Part shown: positions 8,727 through 18,926 of the stretch, piece after piece | Numbering within the stretch: the stretch's first letter is position 1 | Layout of the letters: every line of letters begins with the position of its first letter | Assembly (NCBI GenBank): GCA_900551525.1 | Contig: URWD01000003.1 | Location: 1 to 56,778, forward strand | From: an uncultured Mycoplasmatota bacterium | Lineage (GTDB): Bacteria; Bacillota_I; Bacilli_A; RF39; UBA660 | Direction of reading: 5' to 3' | DNA: 56,778 nucleotides | Translations under genes and position numbers: made by a program | Notes under the pieces: model-generated | What the model was told of the DNA's origin: nothing | Seen by the model: the letters and a program-made list of their open reading frames with translations, nothing else | Databases searched by the model: none

Positions 8727-9707
8727 CTATAAACTTAAACTTACATGATTTGGAACTTTTTTATCTTGTTCTAAATTTTCTAATAAACCTTTTAATATTT
8801 CAATTGTGTATCTTACATCACTTTCTTTTTCAAGTGTATCAGCTAAATCCATTAATAAAATTAATAATTCTTCCTTATTAAAATTTGGAAGGTTAGGTAA
8901 ATTGAAATTACCTTCTCCATTTATAAATTCTTTTATCTTTGATATCACTAAATTTGCAGTATTTTCATCTAACATAACTAAACATGCTCTGATACTTGTA
9001 CAAGTAAATAAAAAGTCTAAATATTCATCTGTATTGTTTTTAAAGTCTTTTTTAAATGAAAAAATACTTATTATATAACTATGAAGAATATTTATTGTTA
9101 TACTATTGGTAAAAAATTTTCCAACATTTTTTAATGCATTATTATAAGTTAATATATTTCTTGTTAAATATGGATTTTCTGATATTTCAAAGTTAGTTTC
9201 TAAAAGTTCCTTTTCTACTTCTCCGATTGTAAGAGCTAAATTGTATTTAATCTTGATAGCTTCTTTTTTATCTTTTAGTAAACTTAATGTTAATCTTATT
9301 AAATCTAAATTTATAGATAATTCATATAAAGTTCTTGAAAAACTATATCCGTGAAAATTTTCATTAGGCATCAGCTTATATAAATAAGTATATATTTTAT
9401 TCATTATACGGATTTGATATAATTTGTTATTGTTTGCTAAAGGATGCAAATAAAAAGCCATTGATAGATTATATTTTTTACTAAAAAAGTTAAATACATC
9501 TTCTGCATAGTCCTTAGTTAATATTTCTTTTAAGTATTCATCTTCAATATCAGCACACGATTTAATTGTTTTTACTGCATATTCATATTCATAAGATGTC
9601 TTTTTATCTTTCATTTCTAACTCAGATAAAAGTTCATATGCTTCTTCGATAGCTTGAGCTTCTTCTTCGATTGCCTTTATTGCTTTAGTTGTTTTTTCAT
9701 TAAACAT
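8727..9707 (-). CDS. Hypothetical helical protein, paralog of 7806-8711
   Basis: The start is placed at the ATG at 9707 (MFNEKTTKAIK...), preceded by RBS AGGGGTGAG. The track start at 9761 lacks an RBS. Confidence 0.6.
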   Translation of the reverse strand: MFNEKTTKAIKAIEEEAQAIEEAYELLSELEMKDKKTSYEYEYAVKTIKSCADIEDEYLKEILTKDYAEDVFNFFSKKYNLSMAFYLHPLANNNKLYQIRIMNKIYTYLYKLMPNENFHGYSFSRTLYELSINLDLIRLTLSLLKDKKEAIKIKYNLALTIGEVEKELLETNFEISENPYLTRNILTYNNALKNVGKFFTNSITINILHSYIISIFSFKKDFKNNTDEYLDFLFTCTSIRACLVMLDENTANLVISKIKEFINGEGNFNLPNLPNFNKEELLILLMDLADTLEKESDVRYTIEILKGLLENLEQDKKVPNHVSLSL

Positions 9708-9764
9708 AATCTCACCCCTGAAATTAGCTCTTATTCTAACAGAAAAAAAGACTAAAGTCAAACT

Positions 9765-11249
9765 TTAATCTCTTGGTTTCATTGTTGGGAATAATATTAC
9801 TTCACGAATTGTTTCTTGTTCTGTGAAAAACATTACAAGTCTATCAATACCATAGCCGATACCTCCAGCTGGTGGCATGCCATATTCTAGAGCTTCAATG
9901 AAGTCCATATCAATGTCATTTGCTTCATCATTTCCTAAATCTCTTTCTTTTAATTGTTCTTCAAATCTTTCTAATTGATCAATTGGATCATTTAATTCAG
10001 TATAGGCATTTGCAAATTCTTTTCCTCCGATAAATAATTCAAATCTATCAACAAATCTTGGATCTTTTGGATTCTTCTTAGTAAGTGGAGATATTTCTAC
10101 TGGATGACCATATAGGAATGTTGGTTGTATTAATGTTTCTTCAACATATTTTTCAAAGAATAAATTAATAATGTGTCCAACATTTTTTTCATGATCTGCT
10201 ACTTCAATATGATGTTCTTCTGCAAGCTTTAAGGCTTCATCAACTGTCATTTTCTTTGAAAAATCAATACCTGTTTTTTCTTTTATTGCATCAACCATTG
10301 AGATTCTTTTCCATGGTCCTTCAAGACTTATTTCATTTCCACCCCAGTTATATGTCATTTTCCCCATTACTTCTTTAGCTATTTTAGTAAACATGCCTTC
10401 AGTCATATCCATCATACCTTCAAGGTCACTATAAGCAAGATATGCTTCCATTAGAGTAAATTCTGGATTATGTTTTGTATCCATTCCTTCATTTCTAAAT
10501 ACTCTGCCTATTTCATATACTGCTTCCATTCCTCCTACTAAAAGTCTTTTTAATGGAAGTTCTAGAGCAATACGTAAATACATGTCAATATCTTGAGTAT
10601 TATGATGTGTTACAAATGGTCTAGCACTAGCACCTGTTAAAAGAGTTGTTAAAACTGGTGTTTCAACTTCTGTAAATCCACGACCATCCATAAAATTTTG
10701 AATACATCTAATAATTTTAGGTCTAGTAAAAGCTACATTTCTAGCTTCTTCATTCATTATTAAGTCAACATATCTACGACGATATCTTTCTTCAGTATCT
10801 GTTAGTCCATGGAATTTTTCTGGAAGTGGTGTTAAAGCTTTAACTAAATGTGTATATTCTAAACATTTAATTGTTACTTCTCCAGTTCTAGTTTTCATTA
10901 TTTTACCATAAACACCAACTATATCCCCTAAATCAGCTGATTTAAATAAATTATATACTTCTTCTCCAACATCATTTATTGATATATATATTTGGATACT
11001 TCCTAATTTATCTTGAATTGTAAAAAATGATGCTTTTCCCATTTTTCTAATAAACATAATACGTCCTGCCACTGTTGCAGTATCTTCCATATTTTCAAAG
11101 TCATCATGAGGCACATCTGCATATTTTTCTTTTAAATCCTTTGAATAAGCATTTCTTTCAAATCTGTGTCCAAAAGGGTCTATTCCCATTTCACGAATTT
11201 TTTCAGCTTTTTCTCTTCTTACTATTTCTTGTTCTGTTAATTCATTCAT
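9765..11249 (-). CDS. lysS: Lysine--tRNA ligase (class II)
   Basis: [32 protein letters not shown]..., class II motifs ([15 protein letters not shown]). RBS GGAGG precedes the ATG at 11249. The promoter TTGCAA-16-TAAAAT overlaps the upstream terminator. Confidence 0.95.
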   Translation of the reverse strand: MNELTEQEIVRREKAEKIREMGIDPFGHRFERNAYSKDLKEKYADVPHDDFENMEDTATVAGRIMFIRKMGKASFFTIQDKLGSIQIYISINDVGEEVYNLFKSADLGDIVGVYGKIMKTRTGEVTIKCLEYTHLVKALTPLPEKFHGLTDTEERYRRRYVDLIMNEEARNVAFTRPKIIRCIQNFMDGRGFTEVETPVLTTLLTGASARPFVTHHNTQDIDMYLRIALELPLKRLLVGGMEAVYEIGRVFRNEGMDTKHNPEFTLMEAYLAYSDLEGMMDMTEGMFTKIAKEVMGKMTYNWGGNEISLEGPWKRISMVDAIKEKTGIDFSKKMTVDEALKLAEEHHIEVADHEKNVGHIINLFFEKYVEETLIQPTFLYGHPVEISPLTKKNPKDPRFVDRFELFIGGKEFANAYTELNDPIDQLERFEEQLKERDLGNDEANDIDMDFIEALEYGMPPAGGIGYGIDRLVMFFTEQETIREVILFPTMKPRD

Positions 11250-11281
11250 AATTAATCCTCCGTCTGGTGTTATTTTAACAC

Positions 11282-11310
11282 AAAAAAACAATCTTGCAAA
11301 CAAGATTGTT
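11282..11310 (-). terminator. Intrinsic terminator of the 11320-11877 gene
   Basis: Minus strand AACAATCTTG-TTTG-CAAGATTGTT followed by U7. Confidence 0.8.
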
Positions 11311-11319
11311 AAAAATTTA

Positions 11320-11877
11320 TTATATTTTATACATTTTTTTATTTTTCTTAGTTACACTATAGATTAATCCAGCACCTATAATACCACAACCAATGATTGC
11401 AATTGGAAGAGCTGCACCAGTTTTAGTTTCTGTAGTTGTTTCAATTTCAATTGTTACTTCACTACCTATTGATGGATTAGTAACTTTTAAACTACAATCA
11501 GCAGCTGATGATTCAAGTTCTAGAGTAAATGTTACTAATGTAAAGTTAGAAGCTGTAATATTACCATTATTTGCAATTAAGCTTAATGGAATTGATGTTC
11601 CAGCTAATTCAGCATCACTTGGTGAAACTTTTTGCCATCCATCACCAGGTGTTAAAGATTTTACTGTAACTCCATTTCCTACAACTTCAAGAGTTGCTGA
11701 GAATGAATTAATTTCTGCTGTATTTCCTTCAACATTGATTTTACATGTTGATGTACATTTTCCTCCTTCAGTTGGACAACTTTTTTCACACTTTGGAACT
11801 ATTGTTGCTGCGTCAACACCCATAGGTATAATTATTATAGCCATTACTAATGCTATAAAACTGATAATTTTTTTCAT
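11320..11877 (-). CDS. Small cell-surface protein with signal peptide and C-terminal sortase-type sorting signal (TETKTG, then a hydrophobic segment, then KKNKK)
   Basis: ATG at 11877 with RBS AAGGAGAG. N-terminal signal peptide, Cys-rich segment [17 protein letters not shown], beta-rich core. The C-terminus reads ..[42 protein letters not shown]. Confidence 0.7.
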   Translation of the reverse strand: MKKIISFIALVMAIIIIPMGVDAATIVPKCEKSCPTEGGKCTSTCKINVEGNTAEINSFSATLEVVGNGVTVKSLTPGDGWQKVSPSDAELAGTSIPLSLIANNGNITASNFTLVTFTLELESSAADCSLKVTNPSIGSEVTIEIETTTETKTGAALPIAIIGCGIIGAGLIYSVTKKNKKMYKI

Positions 11878-12009
11878 CACTATATCTCTCCTTATCTTTA
11901 TTATGTCTAAATTATATCATAAAAATACAAAAAACAACATATTTTTTACAAAATTATATTAAAAAATGTAAAATTGTGTTATTATAATAAAGTAATAGGA
12001 TTTGAGAAT

Positions 12010-13581
12010 ATGAAGAAATTATTATTTAAAATTAAAGATAGTGCCTTATATATTAAGGAAAAAGTGCGATTATCATGTGAAAATAAAAACTTACTTAATA
12101 CTAATGTAATTAGTTCTGATGAACTAATATTTTCTCTTGATTATTTGAATAACAATGTAAAAATTACTTCAACTTTTATAAATGAACTTACTAAAAACTA
12201 TGGTATCGATACTATAATTATCGAAAAAATGGAATTTGTATCCACTATTCTTAATGTATTAAAAAATAATACTAATATTATTAATTTAATTATTAAAGAA
12301 GATGTTCAATTAAATTTTAATATTTGTGAACTTATTATTAAAACTAATATTAAAAATGTAAATTGTTATAACCTTCAACCTTTTATGATTGAATATTTAG
12401 ATAAATATGGTGTTTTAGTAGAATCTAGAAATGAAATACTATATCTATCAAATTTTATGCTTCAAAATAATCTTAGTATATTTTCTAGTATGTTTTATAA
12501 AATGACTATCCAGATAGATTTACCAATGTCAGTGCAAGATGAAGAAGACTTTGAAGCTTTTATTAAAATAAATAAATACTTAAAAACTATAAATGTTAAT
12601 TACGTAAATAAAAATGACTTAGAATATATTATTAATACTCTTAGAAAAAATAATAAAAAAAATATAAAAATAGTTATTCATGATAATATATCAAATGAAG
12701 AAACTATTGAATATCTAAGAGAATTTAATAAAAGAAAAAGCAAACGTTATAAGATTTATTTTAGATTAGATTATAGTGATGATTACTTAAAAGATAATTT
12801 ATTAAAACAAACTAATAATAGTATTTTAAAAACTTGTGGTTATATAATTATTCTTATTATTGCAGTTTTGTTTATTTATGTTTTTTATGATAATTATAAT
12901 TCTATGAAAAATGATGAGGATACTAAAACTAGTATAAAAGAAATAATTAGTTTAGATAATACTGAAACAATTATTAACGAAATGAATAAAGATTTAAAAG
13001 ATAATGAGAAAAAAGTAATTAATAAAGATGTCGCTAGTGTTTTTAAAAATGTAAATCCAGAAACTGTTGGTTGGCTTAAAGTACCTAATACTAATATAGA
13101 TTATCCAGTTGTACAAACTAATAATAATAGTTATTATTTAAATCATAATATTTTCTTTAAAGATGATAAAAATGGTTGGGTTTTTATGGATTATCATAGT
13201 GATGTTGTAAATTTAAGTGATAATTTAGTTGTTTATGCTCACAATAGATATTATAATGGTATTATGTTTGGTAATATTCAAAATATGATGAGATATAATT
13301 GGTATAGTAATCCTGATAATCATATTATTACTTTTAAAACTTTATATGAAACACTTGAATATGAAATATTTTCTTTATATAAAATTGAAACAACTACTGA
13401 TTATTTACAAGTTATCTTTCCAGATAATCAAACTAAAATGAAAATGTTTGATTTAATAAAGTCAAGAAGTATTTATAACTTTAATGTTGATTTAAATGAA
13501 AATGATAAAATTATTACTTTATCAACTTGTGCAGATGAAAACAATAAATATGTTGTTCATGCAGTACTAAAAAGAAACTAG
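12010..13581 (+). CDS. srtB: Class B sortase with a long N-terminal cytoplasmic extension
   Basis: The C-terminal ~230 aa match the SrtB pattern: VGWLKVPNTNIDYPVVQTNNNSYYLNHNIF, VVYAHN (His), ITLSTC (Cys). A TM segment (YIIILIIAVLFIYVFY) is preceded by about 285 aa of Leu/Ile/Asn-rich sequence with no signal peptide. The likely start is the ATG at 12010. Confidence 0.8.
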   Translation: MKKLLFKIKDSALYIKEKVRLSCENKNLLNTNVISSDELIFSLDYLNNNVKITSTFINELTKNYGIDTIIIEKMEFVSTILNVLKNNTNIINLIIKEDVQLNFNICELIIKTNIKNVNCYNLQPFMIEYLDKYGVLVESRNEILYLSNFMLQNNLSIFSSMFYKMTIQIDLPMSVQDEEDFEAFIKINKYLKTINVNYVNKNDLEYIINTLRKNNKKNIKIVIHDNISNEETIEYLREFNKRKSKRYKIYFRLDYSDDYLKDNLLKQTNNSILKTCGYIIILIIAVLFIYVFYDNYNSMKNDEDTKTSIKEIISLDNTETIINEMNKDLKDNEKKVINKDVASVFKNVNPETVGWLKVPNTNIDYPVVQTNNNSYYLNHNIFFKDDKNGWVFMDYHSDVVNLSDNLVVYAHNRYYNGIMFGNIQNMMRYNWYSNPDNHIITFKTLYETLEYEIFSLYKIETTTDYLQVIFPDNQTKMKMFDLIKSRSIYNFNVDLNENDKIITLSTCADENNKYVVHAVLKRN

Positions 13582-14612
13582 TTAATTTCACTAGTTTCTT
13601 TTATTTTTTGATATACTATTTCTTCAGCATCATAATATGGATTTAATTTTCTTAAAAGTTTAATGTCTCCGTAATGTTTAAATTCTTCTCTTTTTTCAAG
13701 TAAATCATCTTCATCTAGAGTACTATTTTGTTCTATAAATATGTCAATTATTCTAAGAGCAAATTCTCTATTATTTAAGAATTCATCTCGAAGTTCATAT
13801 ATATCATGCTCTTCTAAAAATGGTATTAAATCAAAACAATCTTTGTAATTTTTAGAACCACTGTTTTTTTCTATAATTAAAAACTCATATATGTTAGATA
13901 AAATGTAGTTTATAAATATTGTTATTTGTGCTGTATCATTTTCAAAAGATTCATAAATATTTTGAATTAATATTGTATGTTCATATTCATCCATACTATC
14001 AAAATTTTCTTTTTCACCATTTACATCTTCTGCACATTCAGAAATTGATTTATCGTATATATCAAAAAATCTTTGAATGTATTTTTCTGGCTTGGTTAAT
14101 TCTTCATCTGGTATATAATCCCAGATATCTAAAAATTCAAATGGGTTTAACTCTAGTAGTTTTTGAAGTTTTTCATTTTTAAAAATTAGTTCTTTTGCTT
14201 TAAATTTAAATATATAAGGTCTTTGGATATATGCTAGAAAATCTTCGATGATATCATCAGTCATTTCTGTTGGTTTATAAAACATATCTATAATGTCCTC
14301 TTTAGTTAAAGATTCTAAATCTTCAATAAATGGCTCACTATAAGAAGTATTTATTTCATGAACTGAGTCATAATAGTTCATTACATATGATTTACTAACT
14401 AACATAAACATTATTGCTCTTTTACATACTTCTAAATTTGCACCTGATTTTTCTATAAATTCATTTAAATCCGCATTAAATGTACTTCTTTTATTTGTTA
14501 AAAGATCAATTATTATATGTTTTAATACTTTTCTGTTATCATCGTATCTTTCCGTAACTTTATTTAAGAAAAGCATAAATGATTCATAACTTATGTAATA
14601 TAAATCTCGCAT
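13578..14612 (-). CDS. Hypothetical acidic cytoplasmic protein (344 aa)
   Basis: RBS GGGTGGGGGA. Last gene of a three-gene minus-strand operon. No recognisable motif. Confidence 0.6.
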   Translation of the reverse strand: MRDLYYISYESFMLFLNKVTERYDDNRKVLKHIIIDLLTNKRSTFNADLNEFIEKSGANLEVCKRAIMFMLVSKSYVMNYYDSVHEINTSYSEPFIEDLESLTKEDIIDMFYKPTEMTDDIIEDFLAYIQRPYIFKFKAKELIFKNEKLQKLLELNPFEFLDIWDYIPDEELTKPEKYIQRFFDIYDKSISECAEDVNGEKENFDSMDEYEHTILIQNIYESFENDTAQITIFINYILSNIYEFLIIEKNSGSKNYKDCFDLIPFLEEHDIYELRDEFLNNREFALRIIDIFIEQNSTLDEDDLLEKREEFKHYGDIKLLRKLNPYYDAEEIVYQKIKETSEIN

Positions 14613-14633
14613 AATCCCCCACCCTTTGTTAAA

Positions 14634-15401
14634 CTAAATTTCTCTGGTACTTACAAATTTGTAATGGCCATCTTCATAAGAAAATTTGTGTTCATACCTT
14701 TTTAATTTATCTTTATACTCATTTATATTTAAATTTTCACTATATTTTATGTTGTTATTTACTATTTCATTTGTTCCTTCATTATCGTAACACACTTTTG
14801 TGGTCTTATTACATTTAAGAAAATATTCAATTATTTTAATTGATTCATTTCCGTTTTCTACAGTATAACTATCTAGTCCTTTGTAATAAATAATATTGTC
14901 ATCTAATTCATTATTACTCTCATAAATATATAAATAATCATATTCATCTTTTATTTTTGCACTTTTATTTTCATCAATTTTAAAATCTAAAATGTAATAA
15001 TTTGTTTCTTTAAAAATATATTTTACCATTTCTAGAAAGTAATCCTTATTTATTTTATATAATAATTTATAGTCCTTACCTACCAGACTAATATCTTCTT
15101 CAGTTATAGTTTCAAACTTAAATGGATTATTTCTTTCAATATAATTATATGTAACTAAAGATATTGTTGAATATCCTATATTATTGCTTGTTAAGTAACT
15201 ACCTATGTAAAATGATGGTCCAGCATTATAGTTTCTTTCTGGAAAAAATTTATAAATTTCCTTAATATCAGCTTCTGTTACTTCTGGATATTCAACATTA
15301 ACTTTTTTGTCAAATTTAAATATTTTCAAAAATAGAAATGCTATTATAATTACTGATAAAATTACAATTAAATATGCTACTAGTTTTTTGCCCTTTTTCA
15401 T
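14634..15401 (-). CDS. Hypothetical membrane-anchored protein
   Basis: Start at the ATG at 15401 (MKKGKKLVAYLIVILSVIIIAF...) with RBS GGTGA. Single N-terminal TM segment. Confidence 0.6.
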   Translation of the reverse strand: MKKGKKLVAYLIVILSVIIIAFLFLKIFKFDKKVNVEYPEVTEADIKEIYKFFPERNYNAGPSFYIGSYLTSNNIGYSTISLVTYNYIERNNPFKFETITEEDISLVGKDYKLLYKINKDYFLEMVKYIFKETNYYILDFKIDENKSAKIKDEYDYLYIYESNNELDDNIIYYKGLDSYTVENGNESIKIIEYFLKCNKTTKVCYDNEGTNEIVNNNIKYSENLNINEYKDKLKRYEHKFSYEDGHYKFVSTREI

Positions 15402-15463
15402 CTTTATCACCACTTGTCTTAATTTTATCACGAACTAAACTTCAATACAAGAAAAAATGAAGA

Positions 15464-16819
15464 TTACTCTTCACTTTCGGTTTGAGGATAACTTCTTATA
15501 AATGATGGAGTGTATCCTTTAGTATCTTTGTATATTGTTTGAATCTCTTGATATGATGTTGGAAAATTACCATTATTTTCACTCTTTAAAGTATCTAAAC
15601 TTAAATCTGTTGATATTACTAAGCTTAAGTTATTATCATCATATGTTGCTGTACCTGTTATGCCATCAAATGTTATTGTATTTTCTTTATTCTTAACAAT
15701 TTCATTGTAATCAGCAGCATTTTCAAATGTATATTTATAATCTCGACGAGCAGCATTTAAGAATACTAAAGTGCGGTTTATAGCAAATATATCATTTACT
15801 ACTTTTTTAGCTTTATATTCTGTTAGAATTTCTTCAGCACTACTGAAGTTTGCAAATAAGAAAATATCTTCACTTGTTACATATAACGTTGCTGTGTAAT
15901 CTGCTTTATTTCCAGCATCATCTACAGCTTCGATTACTACTTCATATGGGCCTCCAGCAGCAGTCATATATTCATTTACTTTTGCTTCATCAGCAAAACT
16001 TGTTTTACAATTTGATGGGTCATTACAACTTTTTATGAAATCTTCTACTCTTACTGTTGTATTAATTGTTTTAAATACCATATTTACTTCTGCAACTGGT
16101 GCTGTTTTATCACTTACTACTACTTTTGCTTTGTAAGTATTTTTTCCACAAGTTATTGTAACTTCATATTCACCTACTGTCGATGTGTCAACATTTCTTG
16201 TATTAACACTACATGTGCTTGCATTTCCTCTAGTAATAGTTGCATATTCTTTAATGTCATCAGGAACCGTTTCCCCTACGCCAATGCTTACTGTTTTAGG
16301 TGTTAATTTTACTGTATTGTTGCTTACACTTAGGAAATAATATACACCATAAGCAACTGCACCAATCAACGCTATAATTAAAATTATAAATAGTATCTTA
16401 TTCATTGGTTTCTTTTTCTTATTATCATTGTTTTGAGGTGGCACAACACCAATATTCTCAACTTTATTTGAGTTTGTAAAACCATTTATATTACCTGATG
16501 GTGTAAAGTTATTATTAACTCCCACAGTATTTCCCGTTAACATATCTTCTGTACCAGGAATTGGTCTAGCAACTGGCTCAGTTGGCATTGGAGCTGATTC
16601 TAAACTTTCAACTTGAGGAGCTACATTTGGTGTAGTATTTGGCATTGGGGTTGCATTTGGTATGCTATTTATTCCGGAATTTGGAATTGGTGTTGGATTT
16701 ATATTTGGACCTTCTACATTTGGTGTATTTTGTGCCATGCCTAATGTAGTGGAACCTAAAGTTTCACTATTCAAACCATTATTTGTGCCATTATTTAAAT
16801 TAGGATTTTGTCCATTCAT
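15464..16819 (-). CDS. Membrane-anchored protein: Asn/Pro-rich N-terminus, TM segment, Ig-like extracellular modules
   Basis: RBS AAGGGG. A low-complexity N-terminal ~140 aa is followed by a TM segment. Next come blocks ..YEVTITCGKNTYKAKVVVSDKTAPVAEV.. and ..FIKSCNDPSNCKTSF..YEVVIEAVDDAGNKADYTATLYV, which are homologous to the N-terminal part of the CAP-domain gene at 25558-26783. Confidence 0.65.
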   Translation of the reverse strand: MNGQNPNLNNGTNNGLNSETLGSTTLGMAQNTPNVEGPNINPTPIPNSGINSIPNATPMPNTTPNVAPQVESLESAPMPTEPVARPIPGTEDMLTGNTVGVNNNFTPSGNINGFTNSNKVENIGVVPPQNNDNKKKKPMNKILFIILIIALIGAVAYGVYYFLSVSNNTVKLTPKTVSIGVGETVPDDIKEYATITRGNASTCSVNTRNVDTSTVGEYEVTITCGKNTYKAKVVVSDKTAPVAEVNMVFKTINTTVRVEDFIKSCNDPSNCKTSFADEAKVNEYMTAAGGPYEVVIEAVDDAGNKADYTATLYVTSEDIFLFANFSSAEEILTEYKAKKVVNDIFAINRTLVFLNAARRDYKYTFENAADYNEIVKNKENTITFDGITGTATYDDNNLSLVISTDLSLDTLKSENNGNFPTSYQEIQTIYKDTKGYTPSFIRSYPQTESEE

Positions 16820-16885
16820 TTTATCAGCCCCTTATTTATTATATAGATAATTATACATTGTTATTATATTTTTTTCAAGCATATT

Positions 16886-17548
16886 TTAATCATTTGTAAC
16901 GTTTCCATCACCAAAAACGGGAATAGTATCCCCTAAATATTTAGGTTCTGGTTTAAATATTGTTTTAATAAAATCTTTATCTCTTGCAAGTACTTCTCGT
17001 AATTCAAAAGTTGTTTCTCCAGTATAATGCCTCAATGTAGCAGATACTCCTTTTGCTTCTAAATTAAGTTTACTAGCAATGTATAAACTTCGATACAAAT
17101 GAAATTCTTGAGTTACAATTATAACCTTTTCAGTTTGAAATATTTCTTTAGCTCGGTATATACTATCATAAGTAGAAAAACCAGCATGATCCATAAAAAT
17201 ATCTTCACTTGGCACTCCTTTATTAGTTAAATAATCCTTCATTACATTTACTTCATCATAAGTTTTAGTACCATGGTCCCCACTTACAATTATTTTATTT
17301 GATGTCCCACTTTCATACACTTCATAAGCAGTATCAAGTCTGTCTTTTAAAACTGGACTAGGTTTTCCATTTCTTAATCCTGCACCTAAAACTAAAATTG
17401 CATCATAATCTTTATTTAAATCATTTATACTCATAATACTTTGTTTTGTGCTACTTTTTACATATAAATTTATACCAAATATAATTATTAATCCTATAAT
17501 TAGCATGGTTAATAATGAAATTAATATTCTTTTCAATGTTTTATTCAT
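16886..17548 (-). CDS. SanA/YdcF (DUF218) family envelope protein
   Basis: N-terminal TM segment, ILVLGAGL..GKPSPVLKDRLDTA..IIVSGDHG..YDEV..M, the typical DUF218 pattern. RBS AAGGAG. Confidence 0.8.
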   Translation of the reverse strand: MNKTLKRILISLLTMLIIGLIIIFGINLYVKSSTKQSIMSINDLNKDYDAILVLGAGLRNGKPSPVLKDRLDTAYEVYESGTSNKIIVSGDHGTKTYDEVNVMKDYLTNKGVPSEDIFMDHAGFSTYDSIYRAKEIFQTEKVIIVTQEFHLYRSLYIASKLNLEAKGVSATLRHYTGETTFELREVLARDKDFIKTIFKPEPKYLGDTIPVFGDGNVTND

Positions 17549-17687
17549 AATTATAATCTCCTTTTTAATATCTTATCAAAGTTTTAAATCTTTATAAAGA
17601 GTTATGTAAATAAAAGACACTTTTTAACATTTTGTGTACAATTTAGTCAAAATATATTATACTTATTATAAGAAATGCGAGGTAAAA

Positions 17688-18878
17688 ATGAAAATAGGTA
17701 TATTTACAGATGCTTATGAACCCCATATATCTGGAGTTACTACAAGTATAAAAATGCTTAAAGAAGCTCTTGAAAAAATGCATCATGAAGTTTTTATTGT
17801 TACAGCTAATTTAGATGGCAAGGGTTTTAAATATGATAAAAAAAATAAAATTATTTATATGACAGGAATTAAAACTGGGATTTATCAAACTAAATTAACT
17901 GGTATATATTCAAGTAAAGCAATGAAGATTATTAAAAGTTGGAATTTAGACGTAATACATAGTCAAACAGAATTTGGTGTTGGTTATTTTTCTAGGATTG
18001 TTGCTAAGAAGCTTAATATACCAGTTGTGCATACATATCATACATTATATGAAGATTATGTACATTATGTAACTCATGGGCATTTTAATAATTTAGCAAA
18101 AAAATTGGTGATTAAAATGACTAAATACTATTGTGAAAAAAAATGTGATGAACTTATTGTGCCAACTGATAAAATAAAAGATTTATTTGTTAATAAATAT
18201 GGTATTAAAAAATATGCTAACGTTATTCCAACTGGTATTGATACCGAAAAATTTAAATTAAATGAAGAAATGAAAAAAGAAATAACTAAAATAAATAAAA
18301 AATATAAAATAAAAGATACTGATTTTGTTATTGGTTCTGTTGGTAGAATTGCACCAGAAAAAAGTTTTGATAAATTACTTTATAATATTAAAGATATGGT
18401 TAAAGTAAATAATAATATTAAAGTAATGCTCGTTGGTGGTGGTCCTGAATTAGAAAATTTACAAAAATTAACTAAAGAATTAAAACTAGATAGTTTTGTT
18501 ATATTTACTGATAAAGTTGATTATTCAGTAGTACCCGCTTATTTCAATACTTTTGATGTTGTAGTTTCTTTTTCCACTACGGAAACTCAAGGGCTTACAA
18601 TTATCGAAGGCTTAGCAGCTTCTAAACCAACAATATGCATTAACGATGAATCTTTCACAGCTATGATTGAACCAAACTATAATGGCTACTTATTTAAAAA
18701 TAATGATGAGTTTAAAGATTATATTTTTAAATTAATGAATGATGATAAACTTTATAAAGAAATGAGTATTAATGCTAGAAATAGTATTTATAAATATTCT
18801 AAAGAAGTGTTTGCTTCAGATATTTTAAAGGTGTATCATAAAGCTATTAAAGGACATAATAAAACCTCAGAGGATTAA
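17688..18878 (+). CDS. Glycosyltransferase family 4 (diacylglycerol glucosyltransferase-like)
   Basis: MKIGIFTDAYEPHISGVTTS.. N-terminus and an E..G....EG-type GT-B C-terminal motif (TETQGLTIIEGLA). RBS GAGG before the ATG at 17688. Confidence 0.8.
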   Translation: MKIGIFTDAYEPHISGVTTSIKMLKEALEKMHHEVFIVTANLDGKGFKYDKKNKIIYMTGIKTGIYQTKLTGIYSSKAMKIIKSWNLDVIHSQTEFGVGYFSRIVAKKLNIPVVHTYHTLYEDYVHYVTHGHFNNLAKKLVIKMTKYYCEKKCDELIVPTDKIKDLFVNKYGIKKYANVIPTGIDTEKFKLNEEMKKEITKINKKYKIKDTDFVIGSVGRIAPEKSFDKLLYNIKDMVKVNNNIKVMLVGGGPELENLQKLTKELKLDSFVIFTDKVDYSVVPAYFNTFDVVVSFSTTETQGLTIIEGLAASKPTICINDESFTAMIEPNYNGYLFKNNDEFKDYIFKLMNDDKLYKEMSINARNSIYKYSKEVFASDILKVYHKAIKGHNKTSED

Positions 18879-18899
18879 ATCTTTGAGGTTTTTCGTTTT
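18863..18899 (+). terminator. Intrinsic terminator of the GT4 gene
   Basis: AACCTCAGAG / CTTTGAGGTT hairpin overlapping the stop codon, followed by TTTTCGTTTT. Confidence 0.7.
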
Positions 18900-18926
18900 C
18901 AAACTTATCAATTTATATATAGAAGA

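Noticed and set aside
11250-11320. T-box or other leader upstream of lysS
   Set aside because: Only ~70 nt are available, and they are occupied by the upstream gene's terminator and an overlapping promoter. There is no specifier or antiterminator architecture.
11393-11962. 189-aa plus-strand ORF
   Set aside because: It is antisense to the 11320-11877 gene, which has an RBS, a signal peptide and a sorting signal. The plus ORF has no RBS and a low-complexity Ser/Val-rich product typical of shadow frames.
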